From the NCBI GenBank assembly GCA_021613535.1, contig CP075495.1:11842001-11906000 (forward strand): a stretch of DNA of 64,000 nt, written 5' to 3'. The notes beneath the pieces are model-generated. The model made no database searches. It saw only the letters and a list, made by a program, of their open reading frames with translations, and was not told the DNA's origin. Position 1 is the stretch's first letter; the number at the start of each line of letters is the position of its first letter. Below are positions 13,401 through 25,543 of this stretch, piece after piece. The DNA comes from Adineta vaga (lineage: Eukaryota; Animalia; Rotifera). Position numbers and translations under genes: made by a program.

Positions 13401-14915
13401 ACGTGCTAAAAACATTGCTCGATTCTATCCAGTTACAAAAGATGCTCCTGTAGTTAAACCAGATGTAAATATTGATTGATTTTAATTTTGTCTTTTTCAA
13501 ATCAAAGACAATGATAAATGATTTTCTTCTCCTTGTTCTAGACACCAGGATTGAAACGTAAAACTCGTCATAGTGAAAATCCACCAGTAGAAAGTTCTGT
13601 TGGTTGGGTATTCGATTCTCGTGGTCATCCAACAACAGCAACAGCAACAGCAACAGCAACAACATCTACATCCACGGCAACAACAATGACGACTACAGCA
13701 ACAACTGGAAAACAACGAAGTAATACTACCACTAGTGCAACGTAAGTATTGGTTTTGTAAAGAAAAGAAAAGAAATCTAAACTATATTTTTTTCCTATAT
13801 CTAGAAGTCGTCAACAAGATTATTATGATCAATTTTCATCATCATATAATGATTCTCATTATTGGTATGGTAATAATTATGGTAGTAATTCGAATTTATA
13901 CGATTTTTATGGTTCAACACCTGTGGAAATTCCTCAGTTTCAACATCCATCTCATTCGTTATTACAACAAAATGGTTTTACTCAACAAGTCTATTTAAAA
14001 TACAAGCAACAATGTCTAGATGGTAAAAATATAAGAATTCTTTAATTAATTAGCAATACAAGAGTCTAGTGTTTTGTTTATTGATGAAAGATATTAAGAA
14101 AAAGAAACAATTTGTTTTCTTTTATATTAGAACGAACAAAATGTGGACCTGGTCAGTCCATGGAGATGAATACTCTCTATCGTTTTTGGTCATTTTTCTT
14201 ACGAGAAAATTTCAATCGTCGTATGTACAACGAATTTAAACAATATTCTGTTGACGATGGTAAAACTGGCCATAGGTAAATTTTAAAATTTGTGTTTTAT
14301 CATTAGATTATCATGAAAAATAATATGTGTATCTTTAGATATGGCCTTGAATGTCTATTTCGATTCTATACGTATGGTCTTGAAAAACATTTTCGTCAAG
14401 AAGTATTTGAAGATTTTGAAAATGAAACATTACGTGATTATGAAGCTGGTAAATGATTTTAAAAGAAAAATTTCTTTTTTAAGTCTTATTCGAGATATTT
14501 TGTTTTTACATTAGGACAATTGTATGGATTAGAGAAATTTTGGGCATTTCTTAAATATTCTCGACGAAAACAAAAGATTAATTCAAAACTTGATGAGATT
14601 TTAAAGAGATATAAACGTCTTGAAGATTTTCGTGTTGATGGTGCTTCATTTCCACAACAGTTTTATCCAACAAAATCAGGAATTAAAGTAAAAACGAATA
14701 AAAAATAAACGAATTTTTAGTAAATTTATCTTATTCAGACTGTTCCAGCACCAGAAGCAGTTGCAGCTGCAGCAGCAAAAGAAGCCGCTTCAGAAAATAA
14801 CAGTGATATATCAGCAATGCCCAGTTCATTGAAAACTAGTGGTGAACATTTTCCATCTCGTAATCGTGTTCCACCAAGACAACAGAATCGACGGACCACT
14901 TCAGAACGGTGTTAA
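10459..14915 (+). CDS. LARP1: La-related protein 1 (multi-exon)
   Basis: N-terminal DWPSL and KQKWLPL boxes; RG-rich tract; La motif [41 protein letters not shown]; PAM2-like [10 protein letters not shown]; DRTGEY...[14 protein letters not shown]; DM15 repeats ([47 protein letters not shown]). Confidence 0.95.
12320..12385 (+). repeat. (CAA)n tracts encoding poly-Gln in LARP1
   Basis: Two visible CAA runs in the exon starting at 12308. Confidence 0.9.
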
Positions 14916-15502
14916 AAATTTCATTTTCTTTACTTTCCTTCTTGTTTCTCACATGTATGTATATGTGTACAAGGTATCAAACGGTGCGCATGTTTATGTT
15001 TGTGTATGTGTAACTTTATGTTCAGGTTGGGGATTTCGGTTCGTCATAAGTATGCATGTTTTTCCTTCTTTCAAGTTTCTTCGTTTAACTTTCACGTTTT
15101 TCTCTTTGTCACTATGCAGATTATTGATATTACAATTTGATATCGAACTGCTATATTACATTTTTTCCTCTTTCTCTTTTGTTATTGGATTAATCTATTT
15201 CTATTCCTTACGTATATCAGTGTATGTCTTTTTGTCTATGTACATATTGCATCAGTTTGTTACCGTAGTGGATAGGTAGATCAAACCATGATGCATTCTC
15301 GGATCGATGGAGATATGACTCCTCCATGTTTCTCTATGTGTGATGTTTCTTCTTCTTCTTCTTCTTCTTCTTTTGAAAAAAAAACTACTTGCTAATAAAA
15401 AAAAGAGGCCTTGAAAGACAAACAAAAAAATTGAATGTGTTTTGATAAGAAAAAGACAAATGATTAAGATTTTTTTACGTGTTTCTTGTAGAAAAATAAA
15501 TA

Positions 15503-16825
15503 ATGGCATCATCTCGTTTATTCAATAGTATTGGTAAGATGAAGAACAGATTTACAGTAGAACTATCCGTCGAATGACAGAAATCAACCATTTCTACAAT
15601 TGAAAGTCAAATGTTTATTTCATAATAGAATTTTTATTTTAATTAGGAAGAATTGGTATTGGTGTGGCACTTGCCGGTGGTATTGTTAATGCGATGCTCT
15701 ATAATGGTACCGAATAGAAAAAAAAACTTCTTAGATTCAAAATCAATCGATGAATTTCTTTTTAGTCGATGGTGGTCATCGGGCTATTATTTTCGATCGT
15801 TTTCAAGGTATAAAACCCGATGTTATTGGCGAAGGAACTCATTTTATGGTTCCATGGCTTCATCGACCAATTGTATTTGATATTCGTACACGTCCAAGAT
15901 CTATTCCATCAGTTACAGGAACAAAAGGTATCAAAGTATTAATAAAAAAATAGATACTTTCATTAGCTTCAATGATATTATTATTATAGATTTACAAACA
16001 ATTAATATTACTTTACGTATTCTCTATCGGCCAGATGCTGCATTTTTACCGAAAATTTTTACAAATTTGGGTTTAGATTACGAGGAACGTGTATTACCAT
16101 CAATTACGAATGAAGTTTTAAAATCTGTTGTCGTAAGTCATGAACTTTTATCTTTGTTACAAGATTATTTGAAATGATATATTCAATCAATTTAGGCTCA
16201 ATTTGATGCAATCGAATTGATTACACAACGTACACTTATTTCACAACGTGTTAGTGAATTATTAACGGCACGTGCTGCCCAATTTGGTTTATTACTTGAT
16301 GATATTTCCATTGTAAGTAAATTTAAAATAGCTTTGTTTCAAATAGAACTATAATGCTCTCTTGATTAGACTCATTTAAGTTTTGGACCTGAATTTACTA
16401 GTGCTGTTGAATTAAAACAAGTAGCACAACAAGATGCTGAAAAACAACGATTTTTAGTCGAAAAGGTAGATTGAAAGTGAATAACACTACTCTGAGAATT
16501 CATCATTTTTTTAAACTAATTTATATATGTATGATATAGGCTGAACAAAGCCGTCAAGCTAATGTTATTGCTGCTGAAGGTGATGCCCGTGCGGCTGATT
16601 TAATCGGTAAAGCACTAGGCGAAGCTGGCGATGGTTCGTATCCTTTTTTTCTTCTTCATTCACTGTTCATTTTATCTTCTCATTCATTCAAATCTAGGTT
16701 TAATTGAACTTCGACGTATTGAAGCAGCTGAAGATATTGCTAATCAATTAGCTAGATCACGAAATATAGTTTATTTACCTCACGGTCCACAAATGTTATT
16801 GAACATCTCAGCAGCCGGTCAATAG
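15503..16825 (+). CDS. PHB1: Prohibitin 1 (multi-exon)
   Basis: [98 protein letters not shown]. Confidence 0.97.
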
Positions 16826-17012
16826 AATATCGTCTTGATTTCTCAATCGAATGAGATCTATTAGAAAAGAAAGACACCTTCGGTTCTTGTAGTCGCATAT
16901 TTATAACATTATTGATAGAAAAATACTTTTGTTTCTCCTATTGATAAAGAACCTGTTTTCTAATTCGATCAAAGGTTTTCTAGATGCTATATAAGATAAG
17001 AAATCGTCTAAA

Positions 17013-18326
17013 ATGACTAGTTTAGATTCACTTTTTCGTCGTTTAATTACGCTCAGTCATTTATACGTGGTTGGGGAAATCCGTTACATTTACAAGAACT
17101 TTGTGCTAATCGACGTGAAAAAGTAGCTATACGAAGTGAATGTTTAAAACTTGTGCCAGCAGAAAGTATTCAAGAAAATACGATTCAAATTGTTAAACAA
17201 GAAACTAAGGGTGATCGACTTTACTTAAATGCAAAATTTCAATCGCCACTTGCTAAACTTTATCCACATTTGGTAAGAAAATAATCATCAGTAATTTATT
17301 CATTTCTATGATCAACTGCTTTTTTTATTAATATCATAAATAGGTTCCGACAGAAGTAGCAACAGCACATTTTCAACTGGTTTTACCACATGATCATCGT
17401 TTAGGTATCGATTCAATTCCAATCGGTATTTGTTATCCTGGAACAGGTGATCAAGGTTATAATCGACGACGACTTCTTACTGCCAATCCATTGATAAAAC
17501 AATATCGTGTTGGTTCAATTATTCTTGAAAATCCTTATTATGGATTACGCAAACCATACCATCAAAATCGTTCATCACTTTTCTATGTTACAGATCTGTT
17601 AGTTATGGGTGGTGCGCTCATGTTAGAAACGATTGCTCTATTACATTGGTGTCAAAAAATGAAACTAACACCAGCTATTTTGCATGGATTTTCTCTTGGT
17701 GGACATATGGCTTCTTTAGCATTCACTGTGTAAGCTTGAATAAAACTAAAAATCGATTTTAGTTTTTAAAAGAGATTGTCTATAAATTTTGTAGTTGGTC
17801 CGGTCCATTGTCTCTTTTATCATGTGCATCGTGGTCAACAAGTTCAACAGCATTTTGTGATGGAGTACTTTCACGTTCTATTCCATGGTCTCTATTAAAA
17901 AAACAATTCTATGAAAATAAGGCTTATCAAACATTTTATGAATATTTACGTGATGGAAAAAAATCAACGCAATCAAATTTAATTGTTGCCGATCCTGTGA
18001 AAGATATGATGCGTTTATTAATGGATGAATTTACATCTTTAGAAAACTATGCACGTCCTGTTGAATCGAATATTCCAAATGCAATGTTCATCGTTGGTTC
18101 ACATGATGGATATGTATTACGAAATGGTATACCTGATATGAGTGATCTTTGGCCTGGTTGTCTTGTGCGATATATTCCCTATGGTCATATCAGTGCATTT
18201 CTATTCAATCAATCTCTTTTTCATCATGCAATAGCTGAAATGTTACAAAGACAACAACCCAATGTAAAACTGAAGAAAAATCCTATTATTCCACCTGTAA
18301 CTATTAATACAACGACTAATACTTAA
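17013..18326 (+). CDS. ABHD18: ABHD18 (C4orf29/DUF2048) alpha/beta hydrolase; 1-nt frameshift near the start in this sequence
   Basis: LDSLFRRL.../FIRGWGNP, PGTGD, LENPYYGLRKP, nucleophile motif GFSLGG, DEFTSLENY, HDGYV, GHISAFL. Confidence 0.9.
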
Positions 18327-18607
18327 AAACATTTGTTTATGTACATATATTTTCTTTCTTCAAAAACCAAACCGGACGAAATGTATTGAGTTCTCTCTTT
18401 TTTTTCCTCCTCTGCTATTCTGTTTAACGATAAGTAAAACCCAGTGTTTATTTTAGTTCGAATATCAACTAAGATAATAAAATGGTGTGTTGATATAAAT
18501 TTTTGTATTTCTACACAAGCTCAAATTTCTTTTGTATTTTAGAATAAAAACAAATTCTCAAAGAGAATGATCTGAATTTTAATTTGTATATAAATAATCT
18601 GTTTATA

Positions 18608-20151
18608 ATGGCACAAAATATTATAGTACAAGTAGGGCAATGTGGTTCACAAATTGGTTGTCGATTTTGGGATTTAGCTTTACGCGAACATGCTTCACTC
18701 ATTTCACCAACCAATTCAAAAAAATGTATTTATGATGCCTCAATGAATGCGTTCTTTCGTAATATTGATTCAACAAAAAATACTTCATTATCTTATCCAT
18801 CACCGATTCATACGTTGAAAGCACGTGCTGTTCTTGTTGATATGGAAGAAGGTGTACTTCGTTCAATTCTTGCCAGTCCATTACGAGATTTATTCGAAGG
18901 TGAACAATTTATACGTGATGTTAGTGGTGCTGGAAATAATTGGGCTGTTGGAAATCGATTTTATGGAGAAAAATATCGAGATATTTTAAGTGAAGAAATT
19001 CGTCGACAAGCAGAACAATGTGATTCATTACAAAGTTTTATGCTTCTACATTCTATGGTGAGCTGAGAGGGTGAGTGTATGTTAAACTTACTAACTTAAT
19101 CAAATGATCTATTAGAAGAAATACATATATACATACATAGAAGTTCAAAAATTTGATGAGAATATTCTTATTTTAGGGTGGAGGAACTGGCAGTGGTCTT
19201 GGTACATTTATTTTATCTTTATTAGATGAAATGTATCCGAAAGTATGTCGTATTGTTACACCAGTTTATCCATCGAAAGATGATGATGTTATAACATCAC
19301 CTTACAATTCTGTTCTTGCTACACGTGAATTAACTGAACATGCAGATTGTGTTATACCTGTAGATAATGATTCATTAATTGATATTGTTTCACGTTGTGA
19401 TAGTTCAACCAAAATCAAAGATGATGGTCGACGTCCATTCGATTCTATGAATACAATTGTTGCTAATTTACTTTTGAATCTAACGTCATCATCACGTTTT
19501 GATGGTCCATTAAATGTTGATTTAAGTGAAATACCAATGAATCTTGTTCCATATCCTCGAATGCATTATTTAATTAGTTCACAAGTACCAGCACCATTTA
19601 AAACATCAACAACAAATTCATCAATACCACGAAATATAAATCAAATTTTTCGTGATGCACTTTCTCCACATTTTCAAACATTACGTGTTCGACCTCAAAT
19701 AGACGGTGTTTATATTGCTTGTGGAATGATTTTACGTAGTAAAACAATTCAAATGTCTGAAATTCGTCGTAATATTGATTTATTAAAATTAAAACATATG
19801 AAGTTTGTTAAATGGAATGAAGATGGATGGAAAATTGGTTTATGTGTTGTTCCACCTAATGGTTTACCATATTCATTATTAACTTTAGCAAATAATACAT
19901 GTATAAAAGAAACATTTATTGAATTAAAAGAACGTTTTACATCATTGTATCGTCGAAAAGCACACGTTCATCATTATACAGATCATATTGAATTGAATGA
20001 TTTTGAACAAGCACGTGAAAATTTAAATCAATTAATTGAAGAATATAAACAAATTGAAAAGACAAGTGGATTATTAGATACAACAGAAAATGAAAATTTA
20101 TCATCAACAACGACAACAACGAATATTCCTCGTTTGAATATTTTATCTTAA
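18608..20151 (+). CDS. TUBE1: Tubulin epsilon chain (2 exons)
   Basis: IIVQVGQCGSQIGCRFW, LKARAVLVDMEEGV, SGAGNNWAVG, HSM|GGGTGSG, DDVITSPYNS, WNEDGWKIGLC, LYRRKAHVHHY. Confidence 0.95.
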
Positions 20152-20264
20152 AAACAAATATTTTATGTTCACTTGTTAGGATCATTTTTCCTCTTTCGTT
20201 TCTTACTTATCTTATCTTATCTTGTCTATAAATATGTCGAACTAATTATTTCATTTGTCTTCAG

Positions 20265-21886
20265 ATGAAAATGTTTCGAACAATCGTCATTTTAGTCGCT
20301 ATTTTTTCCATTCAAGGCATTGTATGTATTGATATCTATGAAGAAGAAAAAACAATGAATTCCAATCGCGATTTTTCTCTATTAAGCTCGGTGAACAATG
20401 TTTAAATGATCAATGGCCACCAAAATCAGATCGTATAGTACCAACACATGTAGTTAATCTAGATTTACCACCTACTGAACGATGGAAAGAAGTTGCAACA
20501 ATCTATAAACCTGCAGTAAGACAAATTTGATTTTTTCATGTTATTTTTGCTATAAACTAATTCAATTTAGATCATTGACTTGGTTGATTATATCAAAAAA
20601 TTTGTTCTATCAATATCACCTGAATTACAATTTCTAATTAGTCTTGTTGATACTAAACTGGTAAAGTTCTCTGTTGAAAATTTTGTCTATCAATAATATC
20701 TTTATTTCATAGCCTGCCATGGCTGATACATTACCAGCACCGTATGGTGATGAAATGAAAGGTATTAGTCAAGCAACTGGAGTACCATTGGGTAAGAAAG
20801 ATTTGATAGATCAATATGATAAGAAGAAAACTTTTTCTTTTAAATTTCAAGGTGAAATTGTTTTGTATAATATTTTCTATGAAATTTTTACATTATGTAC
20901 ATCAATTGTGGCACAAGATCAAAATGGGAATATTCTTCATGGACGAAATCTTGATTTTGGACTTTTATTAGGGTAAAATTTAGAAGAAAAGAATTTCAAT
21001 TTCTCTATGATAGAACTTTTAAATCTAGTTGGGATATGTTAAATAATACTTGGACACTATCAGAAAAATTACGTCCATTAATTACACAAATAAATTTCAC
21101 ACAAAATGGTCAAGTTCTATTCAAAATCACGAGTTTTGCTGGGTAGATTCAATCTTTCATTTTTCATTGTATACATTCTTCTTCTATTTTACAGTTATAT
21201 TGGTGTTATAACAGGTATTCGACCCGGTGTTTTCAGTATTTCAATGAATGAACGTTATGGTCTTAAAGGTGGCTATATCGGTTTAATTGAATGGATATTT
21301 AATATCAATCGTAAACAGTCATTTGTTACATTTGCTATGCGTGATATGTTAACAACAGCAGAAAGTTATGATCAAGCAGTTAAATATTTAGCTGAAGTTA
21401 AACTTTCAGCTCCCTGTTATTATATTCTTGCTGGACCAAAAGCAGGACAAGTAAGACTAGATTTTCTTTGTGACAATAGATAACGAACGAATAACAATTA
21501 TTATTCCAGGGTGTGATTATAACTCGATCACGTAATGGATCAGATGATATTAAAGCATTGGGTAAAGATAATCTTTGGTTTTTAATTGAAACGAATTATG
21601 ATAATTGGAAAAAACCACCTTTTTATGATGATCGTGTCACACCATGTATCAAATGTATGCAAACAAAAGGAGAAAATCAAGTTACATTTGAATCATTATT
21701 TAATGTTTTTTCATCACGACCCATGCTCAATAAAGTAAAACCTATTCATATTTTTTTTATTGCAAAACAATTTATTTGTTACTTTAGTTAACTGTATATA
21801 CAGCTTTGATGGAACCAGCAACTGGTCGTTTGGAATCTTATTGGCAATATTGTCGTGATGAGGATGCACCATGTGCACCTTGGTAG
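20265..21886 (+). CDS. ASAH1: Acid ceramidase (Ntn hydrolase, multi-exon)
   Basis: Signal peptide, [11 protein letters not shown], autoproteolysis site [39 protein letters not shown]-terminal PCAPW*. Confidence 0.93.
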
Positions 21887-22533
21887 ATTGATCAATCGTT
21901 GTTTTTATCTACTTATTGACTTTCATATTTCTAATTCTATTCAATTTGTATTTTGTGATGTAAAAGTTTGTTTTTTTCATTCATTCCATATTTTCTTATT
22001 CGTCTTTCGTTATGCATGACTTTATTATAAATGTAATTTTCTCCAAATATTATGGACTCTTTTTTGCATACAATAAAGTTAAAAATTAATTCCAATTCAA
22101 TGGATTAATTGGATATTTAATACAAGCATCAAACAAATTCTCTCATATAAATAAAAGTTTGATATAATTTCTCCGATGAGTAATATATCATGATCATCAA
22201 GTTGACGTATTGTCTATATTAGATTAATGGATAATATGCGATGGTTAAATAGGCACGTAGAAAACATATTTTTCTATAATAACCAAAATACTATCTATTA
22301 TCGATAATCATCTGATACCATTATATATAACATGTTAGTTCATATGTTTTTGATAGCAATATGTACCTATTGCAGTAAGATATATAAGTTCTAAAGTATA
22401 GAAAATTAACTGTTCGATTTATATTTTATTCTTCTTTTTATTTCTTAAACAAATATGATCTTAATCCATAAAACTGTTTGCTGTTGTTATTTGCAGAAGA
22501 ACAAGCCAACAAGAACTGTTAAATAAAATTCAT

Positions 22534-23244
22534 TTAAACGTGTTGTCGTTTTTTCCATTGATCAAGTGGGCCATGGTTAGGTAAATACTTAACATTGGCA
22601 CCATCGTATTGTAGTTGTCCTTTTTGTAACAAAGTATCATAATCTTCTCGAGTAAATTTTGTAAAACCCCATTTATCCGAAACGAAGATTTTTTGACGGC
22701 CTGGAAATTTGAATTTGGCACGACGTAAAGCTTCAATAGTTTGAGCCTTATGTTGATCTTTGACACGAGCGGACATGATAACTTGACCGATGTTGACACG
22801 AGCAACTGTACCTAATGGTTTACCAAAGGCACCACGCATACCTGTTTGTAAACGATCGGCACCGGCACATGATAACATTTTATTGATACGAATAACGTGA
22901 AATGGATGAACTCGCATACGAATATGAAATGCATCTTTGCCACAATGTTTAACTAAATATTTGTTAGCACAGATACGTCCAGCTTCGAGTGCTTCACTAG
23001 ACAATTGTTCATATTCATCAGAAACAAGATGAACACATAATGGAAATTCATCAACACGTGCTCTTTTTCGACCTAAATCGAAAATTCGAATTTTTGGATC
23101 TGGAACACCACGGCAAAAACGAGATTTTGGCTAAAAGAAAATAAAGAGAACATAGTCTTCTTATGATTATGATATTGAAATGAAATAACTTACATATGGC
23201 TTGTTTTTGCAATAACGATAGCATCGGGCAGGTCGTCGACCCAT
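22534..23244 (-). CDS. RPL10: 60S ribosomal protein L10 (uL16), 2 coding exons
   Basis: [17 protein letters not shown]|[20 protein letters not shown] ... [24 protein letters not shown]. Confidence 0.98.
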
Positions 23245-23329
23245 TTTTGTTTTTACTTAATTTATCTTGAAATAAAAATTCTCAATTAATATTTATTTAG
23301 TTTAGAAATTTCGACAGAAAGAAACACCT

Positions 23330-23820
23330 TATATACGAAATAAAAATAAATAAATAAGATAAAAATGCACCGTCATCTTGACTGTTCAAGAATCTATGAC
23401 TCTATTCTCTACCACCATCATGATGAAAATGTATACTGTAACACATTTACGCAGATGATTTCTCGAGAAAAATCTTCATCATCATAAAGGTTTGACGATT
23501 ATTTTTGATTGGTTCTTGAATATGAATCTTTTCCAAGAGAATCTCTTTTGCGTATCTTATATTTTTGCATGAGTAAAACATTTCCTAATAAATAATATTT
23601 CATTGGTTAGAAGTTTCTAACCAATTATATTTACTTATTTATTATGAGTGTTGATGATATGATAATCTATTGCCAGTCGTCGTCTGCCATTGATTCATTC
23701 ATTCAGGCAGATAGCCTGCAAAGGTCGGTGTATGAGTGAGTTACTTATGATATACGATAGTAGTATGTTAAAGTCGTCGATGTAATCCATCTATTTGCTG
23801 TATTGTTCGATACACTCCAG
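23330..23820. promoter_or_regulatory. Putative bidirectional promoter between RPL10 and the RWD-MJ1316-2H gene
   Basis: Divergent genes about 660 bp apart. Three CCAAT/ATTGG boxes at about 23508, 23604 and 23621. Probable 5'UTR intron starting GTGAGT at 23821. Confidence 0.5.
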
Positions 23821-23907
23821 GTGAGTACATATTTGTTAAAGAAAACAACAAAGGCAAGATTTTTTCCCTCTAAGCGTAGAGCATTTAACCTTGCCATTAA
23901 TCATTGT

Positions 23908-25543
23908 ATGGCCACTACGACCGACAATAAATCAACTAGTGCTGGACAAGAAGAAGAAATCAATTCACTTCGTGATTATTTTAAAGATAATATTCGTATT
24001 TTATCGTCAATTGGACAATTTTCTTATATATTGAAAATTCGTGCTGATCAATATGATGTGTCTTTAACATTACAATTAGATAGTAAGTTTATAAAACATA
24101 GATATTAGATTAGTAATGAAATTTTATTTTTCAAAAATTTCAGAATCATATCCAATGAAAGCACCTGAAATCATCATTACTGCACCTCGTCTTACACCTG
24201 ATCAAATTTTACTCGTACAACAACTTCTTCAAAATTATAGTGAAACCTTACTTAATCAATCAATGATCTTATCGATTTACTTTCGTCTACTTAAATGGTT
24301 TGATGAAAATAAAATTCAAACATTAACTGTCAATATTAATAATAATAACAATAATACCAATACTCCGTTATCAATTTCTCCAAGTCCTCGTTCGCCAACA
24401 AATGGCAAATCTATTCAATCATTTGCAGCAATGAATAATCATAATAAAAGTGCTCAAATTGATGAACATGATCATGATCAAATGAAAAAATACTCAACGA
24501 AAACAGCTGAAGATGTCATATCACGTATTGAATCAGATACTCGTCTTGACAAGCGCTTTTTTCGTATTGGTTATCTTGATCAATGTCAGAATTTACAAGA
24601 AAAACTTTTCAATGATTTCGATTTTAAAACAAATCTCATATCATCATCAAATTATCGTATACAATATTTTAAATATGAAAATGAAATTATTTGGGACAAT
24701 GATTCACGTATTGATTTAATTTTTGGTTTGACAGGTAATCAACAGACAATTTATGATGTGATTAAACGACATGAAAATCTAGCTGAAATCAAGTAACTAT
24801 TTATTTTATCAAATGAAATCTTATTCTTGATTTTCTTTTCAAATAGAGCATCTCAAAATGAAAAATTAATTGACATGAATCCAACTTTATCAACTAAACG
24901 TTATTTAACATTAACTGATAGTTTATATAAACCAAATTATCTGTTATCAATCCCAATAACTGATCCATCATTTATATCACATTATATTGCCTATCGTGAA
25001 CATCTTCTTTCATCGTATCCATCTCTATTTTCTTCGTCATCTTCACATATATTTTCAATTGATCCACATTATATTCATTTAACATTATTAACTTTACGTC
25101 TTGAATCATCTTTACAAATTGAACAATGTATTTTAGCATTGAAACGTATTCAAGAAGAAATACATTATCATTGTTCGTATCCTGAACGTATATGTTTAGA
25201 ATTTGATGGTATTGATACATTTCATAATAAGACGTTATTTATCAAATGTCAACAAAATTTACGCTTAGAAAATCTTCGTACATTAATTATTGAACGTCTT
25301 TGTGAACAACAACAAAAACAAAAGATGAATGAAATTTTTTTCGCAGGAAATTATCAAGATTTCATTCCACATATAATCTTATTTAAAAGTAAAAGAAAAT
25401 GTTTCTTAACAGACACCAAAGAAACTAATACGAAGATCTATTTTGGAAAACAATTTATCAATGCTTTACATCTTTCATCTATAAATACAAATGAAAATGA
25501 ACAAGAAAAAAATCATTGCATATTTCAACTTGATTTAAGTTAA
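23908..25543 (+). CDS. RWD + MJ1316/DUF504 + AKAP7-type 2H phosphoesterase protein, LENG9-related (exons 23908-24082, 24144-24792, 24847-25543)
   Basis: RWD: QEEEINSLRDYF...SYPMKAPEI. MJ1316: AEDVISRI...FRIGYLD...RIQYFKYENEIIWDNDSRIDLIFG. 2H: PNYLLSIPI, HLTL, FIPHII. Confidence 0.8.

Noticed and set aside
13399-13715. Minus-strand poly-Cys and poly-Leu ORFs
   Set aside because: Antisense shadows of the ACA/GCA repeats encoding the Thr/Ala tract of LARP1.
14839-15512. Hydrophobic 146-aa and 86-aa ORFs after LARP1
   Set aside because: These translate U-rich 3'UTR and CTT repeats, giving Phe/Leu/Val-biased sequence with no domain.
22030-22220. Coding-like fragment on the minus strand between ASAH1 and RPL10
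   Set aside because: Short, interrupted and not assignable to any family.
23245-23335. Acceptor upstream of the RPL10 ATG as a trans-splice site
   Set aside because: A plausible donor (AAG|GTGTTT) lies about 60 nt upstream, so an ordinary 5'UTR intron explains it.
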